A DNA stretch of 64,000 bases, from assembly GCA_038087875.1 (NCBI GenBank), contig CM075995.1, positions 8,620,001 to 8,684,000 on the forward strand. Direction: 5' to 3'. A program made the translations under genes and the position numbers. Positions 1 to 12,648 of the stretch are shown piece after piece; position 1 is the first letter of the stretch, and each line of letters opens with the position of its first letter. The notes beneath the pieces were generated by a model. The model did no database searches. It saw only the letters and a program-made list of their open reading frames with translations, and had not been told where the DNA came from. The DNA is from Malacoraja senta (lineage: Eukaryota).

Positions 1-230
1 CAGATGCTGCTTGACTCGCTGAGTTACTCCAGCACTCTGTGAAACGTCACCTATCCATGTTCTCCACAGATGCTGCCTGACCCGCTGAGTTACTCCAGCA
101 CTCTGTGAAACGTCACCTATCCACGTTCTCCACAGATGCTGCCTGACCCGCTGAGTTACTCCAGCACTCTGTGAAACGTCACCTATCCATGTTCTCCACA
201 GATGCTGCTTGACTCGCTGAGTTACTCCAG
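1..230 (+). repeat. 66-bp minisatellite (PLE-terminus derived), about 3.5 copies, cut by the window edge
   Basis: Unit gaaacgtcacctatccatgttctccacagatgctgcctgacccgctgagttactccagcactctgt. Confidence 0.95.
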
Positions 231-449
231 CTTTTTGTGTCTATCAGAAATATGTCATAGTATTAGACCTGTTACCTTGACTGACCATTGCATCCTGAAG
301 TAAGTATTAAGATAAGAACTATGATTGAGTATTAAGATCATAACTATTAAGTATGCTATAAACATTACGTTAATAACTACTAATAACCATTATCTAATAA
401 TAGTTACTTTTGCCCCGGTACAATAACTATTATTAATAACTATACCTAT

Positions 450-762
450 GGGCAGCACGATGGCGCAGCGGTAGAGTTACTGCCCTACAGCGCCAGAGAC
501 CTGGGTTCGATCTTGACTATGGGTGCTTGTCTGTACTGAGTTTGTACGTTCTCCTTGTGACCTGCGTGCTATTTCTCCGGGAGCTCCGGTTTCCTCCCAC
601 ATTCCAAAGACGTGCAGGCTTATAGCTTAATTGGCTTGGTGTACATGCAAATTGTCCCTAGTGTGTGTAGGATAGTGCTGGCATACGAGGATAGCTAGTT
701 GGTGGAGTCCCGGTGGGCCGAAGGGCCGGTTTCCGCGCTGTATCTCTAAACCAAACCAAACC
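450..762 (+). mobile_element. tRNA-derived V-SINE (HE1-like); other copies at about 2445-2735, 8795-9107, 18880-19145, 25820-26130, 28590-28865, 30895-31705 (interrupted), 39555-39840, 40582-40880, 48040-48330, 55907-56290, 56560-56772, 63802-64000
   Basis: A box (tggcgcagcgg), B box (ggttcgatc), V-domain-like core gagtttgtacgttctccccgtg...ggtttcctcccacactccaaagac, CR1-derived tail ending in (aaact/aaacc)n. Confidence 0.88.
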
Positions 763-2040
763 ATTATTAATAACTGATAACTATTATCGTAATAATAACT
801 AGCTTACTACTAAACAAATAAGATAATAGACAATAGACAATAGGTGCAGGAGTAGGCCATTCAGCCCTTCGAGCCAGCACCGCCATTCAATGTGATCATG
901 GCTGATCATCCCCAATCAGTACCCCGTTCCTGCCTTCTCCCCATATCCCCTGACTCCGCTATTTTTAAGAGCCCTATCTGGCTCTCTCTTGAAAGCATCC
1001 AGAGAACCTGCCTCCACCGCCCTCTGAGGCAGAGAATTCCACAGACTCACCACTCTCTGTGTGAAAAAAGTGTTTCCTCATCACCGTTCTAAATGGCTTA
1101 CTCCTTATTCTTAAACTGTGGCCCCTGGTTGTGGAATAATAACTATTATCTGCTGGAATGTAGACTCTTGACTTATCATGAATGAAAGAAGTTACATCTG
1201 GCTGTATTACCTGTTGTTTCAGAAGTGATTGGAGCAGAATTAGACCATTCGGCCCATCAGGTCTACTCCGCCATTCAATCATGGCTGATCTATCTCTCCC
1301 TCCTAACCCCATTCTCCTGCCTTCTCCCCATTATCCCTGACACCCACAATAATCAAGAATCTATACTAAACTACATTTGTTATATTTAATGTTTTATTCT
1401 TAATGGTTTACTGTATGTCGTGTTGTTACTGCGAGCGGAGCACCAAGGCAATTCCTTGTATGTGTACATACTTGGCCAATAAACTCATTCATTCATTCAT
1501 TCTTATTCATTCATTCAAATCTATCTATCCCTGACTTAAAAATGTCCATTGACTTAGCCTCAACAGCCTGCTGTGGCAATGAATTCCACAGATTCACCAC
1601 CCTCTATCGCCGACCAACATGCCCCATCCATACTAGTCCCACCTGCCTGTGTTAGGCCGATATCACTCTAAACCTATCCTGTCCATGTACCTGTCCAAAT
1701 GTTTCTTAAACATTGCAATGGTACCTAGTTTGGGTGCCTCCTGTAAATTGTGGACCTTTTTATTCACTTAGCTGCAAACATAAGGAGGAGACCGTTGTTG
1801 AAATAAGGATTTCACATAAGACATAAAGTGCTGGAGTAACTCAGCAGGTCAGGCAGCATTTCTGGAGGACATCAATAGGTGGCGGTACGTGTCTGGGTCC
1901 TTCTTCACACTGAATGTAGCTATCACTCATTATGCGGCTTGAATGGAAAGGAGTAACTAGTCCCCACCTATCACTTGACAGACTTTTTCCTGCCCCTTCT
2001 CTCTTCCCCTCCCCACAATCAGTCTGAAAGGCCCCAACCC

Positions 2041-2430
2041 GAAACGTCACCTATCCACGTTCTCTAGAGATGCTGCCTGACCCGCTGAGTTACTCCAGCA
2101 CTCTGTGAAACGTCACCTATCCATGTTCTCCACAGATGCTGCCTGACCCGCTGAGTTACTCCAGCACTCTGCGAAACATCACCTATCCACGTTCTCTAGA
2201 GATGCTGCCTGACCCGCTGAGTTACTCCAGCACTCTGTGAAACGTCACCTATCCATGTTCTCCACAGATGCTGCCTGACCCGCTGAGTTACTCCAGCACT
2301 CTGTGAAACGTCACCTATCCATGTTCTCCACAGATGCTGCCTGACCCGCTGAGTTACTCCAGCACTCTGTGAAACGTCACCTATCCATGTTCTCCACAGA
2401 TGCTGCCTGACCCGCTGAGTTACTCCCGCA
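2041..2430 (+). repeat. 66-bp minisatellite, about 6 copies
   Basis: Same unit; preceded by a degenerate ctgaaag...ccc-gaaacgtc core. Confidence 0.95.
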
Positions 2431-3229
2431 TTTTGTGCTATATTGTTTAGTTTGGAGATACAGCGTGGAAAAAGGCCCATTCGGCCCACAGGGTCCGCGC
2501 CGACCAACGATCCCCGCACATTAACACTATCCTATACCCATTCAAGACCATTTCTACACATTTACCAAGCCTATATACCTGCATGTCTTTGGAGTGTGGG
2601 AGGAAACCGTAGATCTCGGATGAAACCCACGCAGGTCACGGGGAGAACGTACAAACTCTGTACAGACAGCGCCCAGGTCTCCGGCGCTGCTTTTTCACTG
2701 TAAGGCAACAACTCTACCGCTGCGCCACCGTGACCGCCTTATCTGGGGTACAATTTACACAAAATGATATATCTACATTGACTAATGGTGCAAAGCTAGG
2801 TGGCAGTACGATGCAGAGAGACGTTCAAAAGATGCAGGCAGGTTAAGTGAATGGGTGAGACTGCGGCAGGTGGAATGTAACCTGGGAAAAAGTGAATCGT
2901 CCACTTTGGGAGAAAAAACGTCGAAAAGCAGAGGATGTTTTAAATGTTGAACGATGAAAAAGTTTGGTGTTGAGGGACCCGGGTCACACAAATCACACAA
3001 AGTTATAAACCGGAACAGCTAGTATAAATATCTTATTAATGTTTAATGTTTATTAATATTAATGTTTTATGTGTCATTCCTAACTGTCACTGTATGTCAT
3101 TGTCACCTGCGGGCGGAGCACCATGGCAAATTCCTTGTATGTGAATACTTGGCCAATAAACTTATTCATTCATTCATTCATTCATTCATTAGCTTCTATA
3201 CGACCCTGGTGAGACTGCAACTGGTTCAT

Positions 3230-3700
3230 TAGTTTAGTTTATTGTCGCGGGAACCGAGGTACAGTGAGAAGCTTTTTTGTCGCGTGCTACCCAGTCAGCG
3301 GAAAGACAATACATGATTACAATCGAGCCGTCCACAGTGTACAGATACAGGATAAAGGGAACAATGTTTAGTGCAAGGTAAAGTCCGATTAAATTGGTCC
3401 GAAGGTAGATAGTAGTTCAAGGTAGATGGTAGATAGTAGTTCAACTCTGCTCTCTAGTTGGTGCTAGGATGGTTCAGTTGCCGGATAACAGCCGGGAAGA
3501 AACTGTCCCTGAATCTGGAGGTGTGCGTTTTCACACTTCTGTACCTCTTGTCTGATGGGAGAGGGCAGAAGAGGGAGAGGCCGGGGTGAGACTGGTCCTT
3601 GATGATGCTGCTGGCCTTGCCGAAGCAGCGTGAGGTGTAGATGGAGTCGATGGAAGGGAGGTTGGTTTGTGTGATTCTGGGCTGCGTCCACAACTCTGTA
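3230..3700 (-). mobile_element. Rex1/Babar LINE 3' fragment; other copies at about 38295-38830, 44640-44865, 60205-60575, 63450-63800
   Basis: LPSIDSIYTSRC..KASSIIKD.SHPG.SLF.PLPS.KRYRS....TSRFRDSFFPAVIRQLN. Confidence 0.82.
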
Positions 3701-5764
3701 ACACAGATCTAATCTCCCTACCTTGTCATCAAGGGAGTGCATGAAAGGTTCACCAGATGCATGGGGAGAGAGAATCTCCATTGAAGAGAGTTTAGTTTAG
3801 AGATTGAGCATGGAGGCTGCCCCTTCAGCCCACCGAGTCCATGCTGACCATCGATCACCCATTCTACGTTAAACCACTTTCTCATCCACTCCCTACATAC
3901 TAGGGGGTAATTTACAGAGGGCCGATTAACCTACAAAACCCGCACCTCTTTGGGACGTGAGTCGGGAAAGAGGAGCAAGAGATATAGAAGGTACTAAGGA
4001 CAAATGAATGGAAGATATGCCTATATCTCCCGTTTCCCTTGACTGTCAATCTATGATCGTTGCTTTCGTCCGTCTGTCCGCGCGTTCGCTCGCTCTTGGT
4101 GCCGGGGCTTCTCCCCTCAGACTCCGCCAAACAGACACACACACACGCACAGCCTATTGAAAAAGTCGACCCAAAATATCACCTAGTCCTCTCCAGAGAT
4201 GCTGCCTGATCCGCTGATTTACTCCAGCCTTTTGTGTCTGTCTTCGGTTTAAACCAGCATCTGCAGTTCCTCCCTGTACAAGCTATGTGCCGTTTAAAAA
4301 GAACATTAAAAAAAAACATTTAAAAACACATAAACTGTTCCCCCGCAACGCTCATTACACTGAGCGTTGCGTCGGGTCGGGGTAACTGAAATAGCGGAAG
4401 TTACGCTCCGGTGAGTACTACACGTCAGTCCATTGGATTTAGCAGGAGTGGTCCATCTTGCTCGCTATAGGACCTTTGGGCAGGACCTACACAGTGAATG
4501 GTCTCTGGGCCTCTGGGGAGTGTTGTAGAGCAGAGGGATCTAGGAGATTGTTGAAAGTGACATCACAGGTAGATGGGGTGGTCAGAAAGGCTTTTGACAT
4601 ATTGGCCATCAGTCAGAGAATTGAGCAGAAGTTGGGAGGTCATATTGCAGTTGTATAAAATGCTGGTGAGGCCGCATTTAGAGTATTGTGTTCAGTTCTG
4701 GGCCCCATGTTATGGAGAGATGTCAAGCTGGAAAGGGTGCAGAGAAGATAATAGACAATAGACAATAGGTGCAGGAGTAGGCCATTCGGCCCTTCGAGCC
4801 AGCACCGCCATTCAATGTGATCATGGCTGATCATCCCCAATCAGTACCCCGTTCCTGCCTTCTCCCCATATCCCCTGACTCCGCTATTTTTAAGAGCCCT
4901 ATCTAGCCCTCTCTTGAAAGCATCCAGAGAACCTGCCTCCACCGCCCTCTGAGGCAGAGAATTCCACAGACTCACCACTCTCTGTGAGAAAAAGTGTTTC
5001 CTCGTCTCCGTTCTAAATGGCTTACTCCTTATTCTTAAACTGTGGCCCCTGGTTCTGGACTCCCCCAACATCGGGAACATGTTTCCTGCCTCTAGCGTGT
5101 CCAAACCCTTAAAAATCCTATATGTTTCAAGGATGGTTCAGGTCAGGATATCTTGTGGAGCAAATGGACAGATGACACTTTGGATCGGAACCCTTCCTCA
5201 GACTCTGGAAGGACCCAACCTGAAACGTTATCTGTCCATTCCCTCCGCAGATGCTGCCTGGCCCGCTGAGACCCTCCAGCACTCTGTGTTTAGACCAAAT
5301 AGCATTTGCAGACAGGGTTTTCTCTTCCCGTATGATAAATTTTGATTGATCCTGAGGTTTCAAAATTTGTAATGTATTCTTTGTTCTTATTGAATTTAAC
5401 TTAATTCTGTTAATGCATTCCAAAAAACCCCAGCTTCTGGTGTTGAAGATATGGTGTGTTATATACATTTTTGAAATGTTTGTTTTAAACCAAGTTACCA
5501 AGGAAAAAATTGTTTTTGTAAATGTTATTTTTGTCTTTTACATGTTTGCATATTTTAATAGAAATGTATTTACTTCCTGGTGCCTACCCGAATGGTATTT
5601 TGGTACGTATTACTTAATCATCTTGGACTTCAATGAATATCACTGGTGCTTAAAGCACACAATGGATGTAATTTGTGCATTCAACTGCATTTAACTTTAC
5701 CTTGGCCTTTTCCTGTACTTCAGAGTCCCCAAAAAATGACGAGGTACCTCAATCTTTCTCTCAG

Positions 5765-5941
5765 CCCAAATTAAAAATGCAGGAGGTGTCGGATCTGGAG
5801 ACGTCACTGGCGAAACTGAGGGCGGATTTTGAGAAGAGTCTCAACATGAGCAGTGAGAACCAGAGGAGTTTAGAGGACAACCTCATTTCCACCAAACACG
5901 ATCTGCTCAAAGTACAAGAAGATCTCCTGCTGGCCGAGAAG
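5765..5941 (+). CDS. LZTFL1: LZTFL1-family internal coding exon (PKLKMQEVSDLETSLAKLRADFEKSLNMSSENQRSLEDNLISTKHDLLKVQEDLLLAEK)
   Basis: 177 nt, phase 0/0, tctctcag acceptor and AAG|gtttgt donor. Resembles the LZTFL1 C-terminal coiled coil (QDLSNLE...QKSLEENL...KHDLLRVQEQL..AEK). A second possible acceptor (cag at 5721-5723) is in a different phase. Confidence 0.88.
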
Positions 5942-6180
5942 GTTTGTATCGCAGACCTCTTCGTTAAATCGGCACGGTGGCGCAGCGGCAGAGTTGCTGC
6001 CTCACAGCGCCAGAGACCCGCGTTCCATCCTGGCTAGGAGTGCTTGTCTGTACGGAGTTTGTACCTTCTTCCCGTTTTAAGAATAAGGGGTAAGGCCATT
6101 TAGAACGGAGACGAGGAAACACTTTTTCTCACAGAGTTGGTGAGTCTGTGGAATTCTCTGCCTCAGAGGGCGGTGGAGGC

Positions 6181-6486
6181 AGGTCAGGCAGCATCTGTGG
6201 AGAACATGGATAGGTGACGTTTCACAGAGTGCTGGAGTAACTCAGCGGGTCAGGCAGCATCTGTGGAGAACATGGATAGGTGACGTTTCACAGAGTGCTG
6301 GAATAACTCAGCGGGTCAGGCAGCATCTGTGGAGAACGTGGATAGGTGACGTTTCACAGAGTGCTGGAGTAACTCAGCGGGTCAGGCAGCATCTGTGGAG
6401 AACATGGATAGGTGACGTTTCACAGAGTGCTGGAGTAACTCAGCGGGTCAGGCAGCATCTGTGGAGAACATGGATAGGTGACGTTT
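6181..6486 (-). repeat. 66-bp minisatellite, about 4.5 copies
   Basis: Same unit, reverse orientation. Confidence 0.95.
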
Positions 6487-7124
6487 GGGACAGGACCCTT
6501 CAGACCGGGTTCTGACTTGAAATGTCACCTAGAGAGAAGCATAGAGGAAGAGGATAAAGGAGCAGAATGACTGGGGGGGTGGGGGGGAGGGGAGATAGTC
6601 ATACAGCGTGGAAACAGGCCCTTCGGCCCAACTTCGGCCTTGTGCCCACAACGACAACATCCCCCATCTACACTAGACCTACCTGCCTGCGTTTGGCCCA
6701 TATCCCTCTAAACATATCCTTTCCATGTACCTGTCTAAACGTTTCTTAAACGTTACGATAATTCCTGTCTCAACTACCTCTGGCAGCTCGTTCCATACAC
6801 CCACCACCCTTTGTGTGAAAAAATCACCCCTCAGATTCTTATTAAATCTTTTCCCCCTCACCATCAACCTATGTCCTCTGGTTCTTGATTCCCCTACTCT
6901 GGGCAAGAGACTCTGTGCGTCTACCCGATCTATTCCTCTCTTGATTTTGTACACCTTTATAAGTTCTCCCCTCAACCTCCTGCGCTCCAAGGAATAGAGT
7001 CCCAGCCTGCTCAACCTCTCCCTATAGCTCAGGCCCTCGAGTCCTGGCAACATCCCCGTAAATCTTTCCAGCTTGACAACATTTTACTATAACATGGTGC
7101 CCAAAACTGAACACAATACTCTAA

Positions 7125-8008
7125 ATAGACAATAGACAATAGGTGCAGTAGGCCATTCGGCCTTTCGAGCCAGCACGACCATTCAATGTGATCATTGCTG
7201 ATCATCCCCAATCAGTACCCCGTTCCTGCCTTCTCCCCATATCCCCTGACTCCGCTATCTTTAAGAGCCCTAACTAGTTATCTCTTGAAAGCATCCAGAG
7301 AACCTGCCTCCACCGCCCTCTGAGGCAGAGAATTCCACAGACTCACAACTCTCTTTGAGAAAAGGTGTTTCCTCGTCTCCGTTCTAAATGGCTTACTCCT
7401 TATTCTTAAACTGTGGCCCCTGGTTCTGGACTCCCCCAACATCGGGAACATGTGTCCTGCCTCTAGTGTGTCCAAACCCTTAATAATCTTATATGTTTCA
7501 TTAAAATCCCCTCTCATCCTTCCAAACTCCAGAGTGTACAAGCCCAGCCGCTCCATTCTCTCAGCATATGACAGTCCCTCCATCCCGGGAATTAACCTTG
7601 TAAACCTACGCTGCACTCCCTCAATAGCAAGAATGTCCTTCCTCAAATTAGGGGGCCAAAACTGCACACAATACTCCAGGTGTGGTCTCACTAGGGCCCT
7701 GTACAACTGCAGAAGGACCTCTTTGCTCCTATACTCAACTACTCTTGATATGAAGGCCAACATGCCATTCGCTTTCTTCACTGCCTGCTGTACCTGCATG
7801 CTTACTTTCATTGACTGATGAACAAGGACCCCCAGATCTCGTTGTACTTCCCCCTTTCCGAACTTGACGCCATTTAGATAGTAGGTACACAAAAATGCTG
7901 GAGAAACTCAGCGGGTGCAGCAGCATCTATGGAGCGAAGGAAATAGGCAACGTTTCGGGCCGAAACCCTTCTTCAGCCATTTAGATAGTAATCTGCCTTC
8001 CTGTTTTC
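7125..8008 (-). mobile_element. CR1 LINE 3' fragment carrying a PLE mini-insertion
   Basis: ORF 7278-7892 is the CR1 RT C-terminus; (gacaata)n tail. Confidence 0.93.
7884..7975 (-). mobile_element. 92-bp PLE-terminus mini-insertion with a 15-bp TSD
   Basis: gccatttagatagta duplicated at 7869-7883 and 7976-7990 inside a CR1. Confidence 0.85.
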
Positions 8009-9264
8009 CATGTGGGATGTGGGAAAAGATAGATGCAGCTCGGGATGGAGGGGGGCAGGAAAGATTGAGGGGGTATTATCTAAAATTGTAGAATTAGATA
8101 TTCATACCGTTGAGCCCCTCCGCCACAATTATATTCCTGTGGCAGGTAAAGGTGCAGCAGCGTGTAATGGAGCAGTCAATCTCTTGTTTCTCAGCGCGTG
8201 CTTTGTGTCAAAGTAGACTTTGCCGCTCATCATTATAAAACAGTTGGCAATCCCTGACTGATAAAATCTTTCTGCAAAGCACAAAGTGCTGGAGGAACTC
8301 AGCAGGTCAGGCAGCATCTGTGGAGGGAAATGGACAGTAGAGCTTCGGGTCGGGACCCTTATTCAGGCATTCTGTAGTAGGGGGAAGAAAGCTGGAAACG
8401 AGAGGTAATGGTAGGACAAGTACTGGTGAATGAGTGGTGGATACAGTTGATGGTGGTGGTGGGGGGGAGGGGGAGGGGGGGAGGTTTTGTTTGCAGCTGG
8501 GTGGATAAAGGTTAGAGGTGATGAGGAGACCAAAGGGCGTCAGATGAAGAGTGAAAAGTTCATCTCGTGGCCATTCGGCCCATCGAGTCTACTCCGCCAT
8601 TCAATCATGGCTGATCTCTCTTTCCCTCTCAACCCCATTCTCCTGCCTTCTCCCCGTAACCCTTGACACCCGTACTAATCAAGAATCTATCTCCGCCTTA
8701 AAAATATCCATTGACTTGGCCTCCACTGCCGTCTGTGGCAATGAATTCCACAGATTCACTGGCCTCTGGCTAAATAAATTCCTCATTTCCTTCAGTTTAG
8801 TTTAGAGATACAGCGCGGAAACTGGCCCTTCGGCCCACCGAGTCTGCACAGACCAGCGATTAACACATTAACACTACCCGACACTCACTAGGGGCAATTT
8901 ATCAATTATACCAAGCCAATTAACCTAGAAACCTGTAGGCCTTTGGAGTGTGGGAGGAAACCGAAGATCTCGGAGAAAACCCATGCAGTTCACGGGGTGA
9001 ACATACAAACTCCGTACAGACAGCACCCGTAATCGGGATCAAACCCGGGTCTCTGGCGCTATAAGCGCTGTAAGGCGGCACCTCTACTGCTGCGCCACCG
9101 TGCCGCCCCTCTTATGGGCAATATTACTTGAAATTAGGGAATTCAATGTTCCCCCAGTATATCTCAAATGTTCATTCAATGTTGCTGTTTTGTTGTAAAT
9201 ATTTTTGTTTGAACGATGTTTTAAGCGCCACTGTTTCAATGAAACGTCTCAATTTTATTCACAG

Positions 9265-9368
9265 GAACTGGAGAAAAAGTTCCAAGAAACTGCCGCTTAC
9301 CGCAATATGAAAGAATTATTAACGAAAAAGAACGAGCAAGTGAAGGAACTGCGTAAACGCCTCTCACA
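9265..9368 (+). CDS. LZTFL1: LZTFL1-family penultimate coding exon (ELEKKFQETAAYRNMKELLTKKNEQVKELRKRLS)
   Basis: ttcacag acceptor, in frame with the previous exon, CA|gtaaga donor. Near-identical to the LZTFL1 motif ELEKKFQQTAAYRNMKEILTKKNDQIKDLRKRL. Not in the ORF track. Confidence 0.92.
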
Positions 9369-9799
9369 GTAAGATGATGTCTGGAAAATAAAATTCCCAT
9401 TTTCAATTCAGGTTTGGAAGGGTAGCGATCCTTAGCTGCATTCCACAGTACAGGTTGGACATGGACAAGCTATCAGCTAGGAGTTTGAAAGCGCGCACCA
9501 CCAGACTTGAGTTGCTGCCTTACAACCCTTGCAGTGCCCAGAGACCCGGGTTCGATCCCGACTACGGGTGCTGTCTGTATGGAGTTTGTACGTTCTCCCC
9601 GTGACCGCGTGGATTTTCGCCGAGACCTTTGGTTTCCTCCCACACTCCAAAGACCTACCGATTGTAGGTAAATTGGCTTGGTGTAAATGTAAAACTGTCC
9701 CTGGAATGTGTAGCTAGGGTACTGTCCGATTCACCTCTAACCCCATTGCGGACATTGGACTTTGTCTCTGGAACTGATGCGCTACAATGCTGAGAGCCA

Positions 9800-12160
9800 C
9801 AGTGCATTCAGAAAATATTCAGACCCCTTCACTTTTTCCACATTTTGATACGTTACAGCCTTATTTTAAAATGGATTAAATTCTTTTTTTTAATCATCAA
9901 TCTACACACAATACCCCAGAATGAAGAAATGAAAACAGTCGTTTAGAAATTTTTGCAAAGTAATTAAAAAGAAATAACAAATATCACAGACCCTTTGCTA
10001 TGACACTCAAAATTAAGCTCAGGTTCATCCTGTTTCCATTGATTATCCTTGAGATGTTTCTACAACTTGATTGGGGTCCACCAGTGGTAAATGACCAGTG
10101 AGTAGTGGGGTACCGCAAGGCTCGGTGCTGGGACCGCAGCTATTTACAATATACATCAATGATTTAGATGAAGGGATTCAAATTAACATTAGCAAATTTG
10201 CAGATGACACAAAGCTGGGTGGGAGTGTGAACTGTGAGGAGGATGCTATGAGAATGCAGGGTAACTTGGACAGGTTGGGTGAGTGGGCAGATGCATGGCA
10301 GACGCAGTTTAATGTGGATAAGTGTGAGGTTATCCACTTTGGTAGCAAAAACAGGAAGGCAGATTATTATCTAAATGGCGTCAAGTTGGGAAAAGGGGAA
10401 GTACAATGGGATCTGGGGGTCCTTGTTCAGCAGTCAATGAAAGTAAGCATGCAGGTACAGCAGGCAGTGAAGAAAGCGAATGGCATGTTGGCCTTCATAA
10501 CAAGAGGAATTGAGTATAGGAGCAAAGAGGTCCTTCTGCAGTTGTACAGGGCCCTAGTGAGACCACACCTGGAGTATTGTGTGCAGTTTTGGTCTCCAAA
10601 TTTGAGGAAGGACATTCTTGCTATTGAGGGAGTGCAGCGTATGTTCACAAGGTTAATTCCCAGGATGGCGGGTCTGTCATATGCTGAGAGAATGGAGCGG
10701 CTGGGCTTGTATTCTCTGGAATTTAGGAGGATCTTATTGAAACATATAAGATTGTTAAGGGCTTGGACACACTAGAGGCAACAAACATGTTCCCGATGTT
10801 GGGGGAGTCCAGAACCAGGGCCACAGTTTAAGAATAAGGAGTAAGCCATTTAGAACGGAGACGAGGAAACACTTTTTCTCACAGAGAGTGGTGAGTCTGT
10901 GGAATTCTCTGCCTCAGAGGGCGGTGGAGGCCAGTTCTCTGAATACTTTCAAGAGAGAGCTAGATAGGACTCTTGAAGATAGCTGAATCAGGGGATATGG
11001 GGAGAAGGCAGGAACAGGGTACTGATTGGGGATGATCAGCCATGTTCGCATTGAATGGCAGTGCTGGCTCAAAGGGCAGAATGGCCTACTCCTGCACCTA
11101 TTGTCTATTGTCTATAAATAGATTGGACATGATTTGGAAAGACACACACCCGTCCATATAAGGTCCCACAGGATTGTGTCGTGACACAGATCTGGGGAAG
11201 GGTATAAAACAAATTTCTGCAGCATTGCAGGTCCCGAAGAGCACAGTGGCCTCCGTTATTCTTAATGGAAGAACTTTGGAACCACCATCATAGAGCTAGC
11301 CGCCCGGCCAAACTGAGCAATCGGGGGAGAACGGCCTTGGTCAGGGAGGTGACCAAGAACCCGATGGTCACTCTGACAGAGCTCCAGAGTTCCTCTGTGG
11401 AGATGGGAGAACCTTCCAGAAGGACAACTATATCTGCAGCACTCCACCAATCAGGCCTTTATAGTAGAGTGGCCAGACGGAAGCCACTCCTCAGTAAAAG
11501 GCACATGACAGCCCGCTTGGAGTTTGCCAAAAGGCATGAGAAACAAGATTGAACTCTTTGGCCTGAATGCCAAGCGTCATGTCTGGAGGAAACCAGGCAC
11601 CGCTCATCACCTGGCCAATGCCGTACCTACGGTGAAGCATGGTGGTGGCAGCATCATGCTGTGGGGATGTTTTTCAGCGGCAGGAACTGGGAGACTAGTC
11701 AGGATTGTGGGAAAGATGAACGGAGCAAAGTACAGAGAGATCCTTGATGAAATACCTGCTCCAGAGCGTTCTGGACCTCAGACTGGGGCGGAGGTTCACC
11801 TTCCAACAGGACAACGACCCTAAGCACACAGCCAAGACAACGCAGGAGTGGCTTTGTGACAAGTCTGTGAATGTCCTTGAGTGGCCCAGCCAGAGCCCGG
11901 ACTTGAACCCGATCGAACATCTCTGGAGGGACCTGAAAGTAGCTGTGCATCGACGCTCCCCATCCAACCTGACAGAGCATGAGAGGATCTACAGAGAATA
12001 TTGGGAGAAATTACCCAAATACAGGTGTGCCAAGCTTGTAGCGTCATACCCAAGAAGACTTGAGGCTGTAATCGCTGCCAAAGGTGCCTCAACAAAGGTC
12101 TGAATACTGATGTAAATGTGATATTTCAGTTATTTCTTTTTAATTACTTTGCAAAAATTC
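9800..12160 (+). mobile_element. Tc1/mariner DNA transposon, decayed, interrupted by a CR1 LINE
   Basis: CAGTGCATTCAGAAA terminus at 9800. Frameshifted transposase at ~11170-12103 ([57 protein letters not shown]). Sequence at ~12117-12160 is the inverse of ~9947-9988. Confidence 0.92.
10098..11114 (+). mobile_element. CR1 (HER1-like) LINE, 5'-truncated, nested in the Tc1
   Basis: RT motifs [35 protein letters not shown]; 3' tail ending in (ctattgt)n. Confidence 0.95.
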
Positions 12161-12448
12161 GTGCAAGGTAAAGATCAATCAAAGATAGTCCGAGGGTCTC
12201 CAATGAGGTAGAGAACAGTTCAGTACGGCTTTCTAGATGTTGGTAGGATGGTTCAGCATGGTTAAGTTTGAAATTGACCTTTTAATAGCTTGAAGTTCTG
12301 GTCCTTCTGTCCCGCCCTGAGGAAAGGAATAGATGTTGATCTGAATGTCTAGGGAGTAAACCCTGAGCAAAATCAACAGCGTAAGCAAGGTTACCACAGA
12401 ATATTTGTGGTTTTGCAGCAGGTTAAATGATTTAATTGCTGTTGTCAA

Positions 12449-12648
12449 NNNNNNNNNNNNNNNNNNNNNNNNNNNNNNNNNNNNNNNNNNNNNNNNNNNN
12501 NNNNNNNNNNNNNNNNNNNNNNNNNNNNNNNNNNNNNNNNNNNNNNNNNNNNNNNNNNNNNNNNNNNNNNNNNNNNNNNNNNNNNNNNNNNNNNNNNNNN
12601 NNNNNNNNNNNNNNNNNNNNNNNNNNNNNNNNNNNNNNNNNNNNNNNN
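12449..12648. other. Assembly gap (200 N)
   Basis: Run of exactly 200 N, the same length as the second gap, so a placeholder size. Confidence 1.

Noticed and set aside
450..525. tRNA gene
   Set aside because: The A/B boxes belong to the SINE head and continue into V-domain and LINE-tail sequence; many decayed copies
1..6486. Regularly spaced repeats as a CRISPR array
   Set aside because: Units are contiguous and near-identical with no unique spacers, there are no cas genes, and the context is eukaryotic
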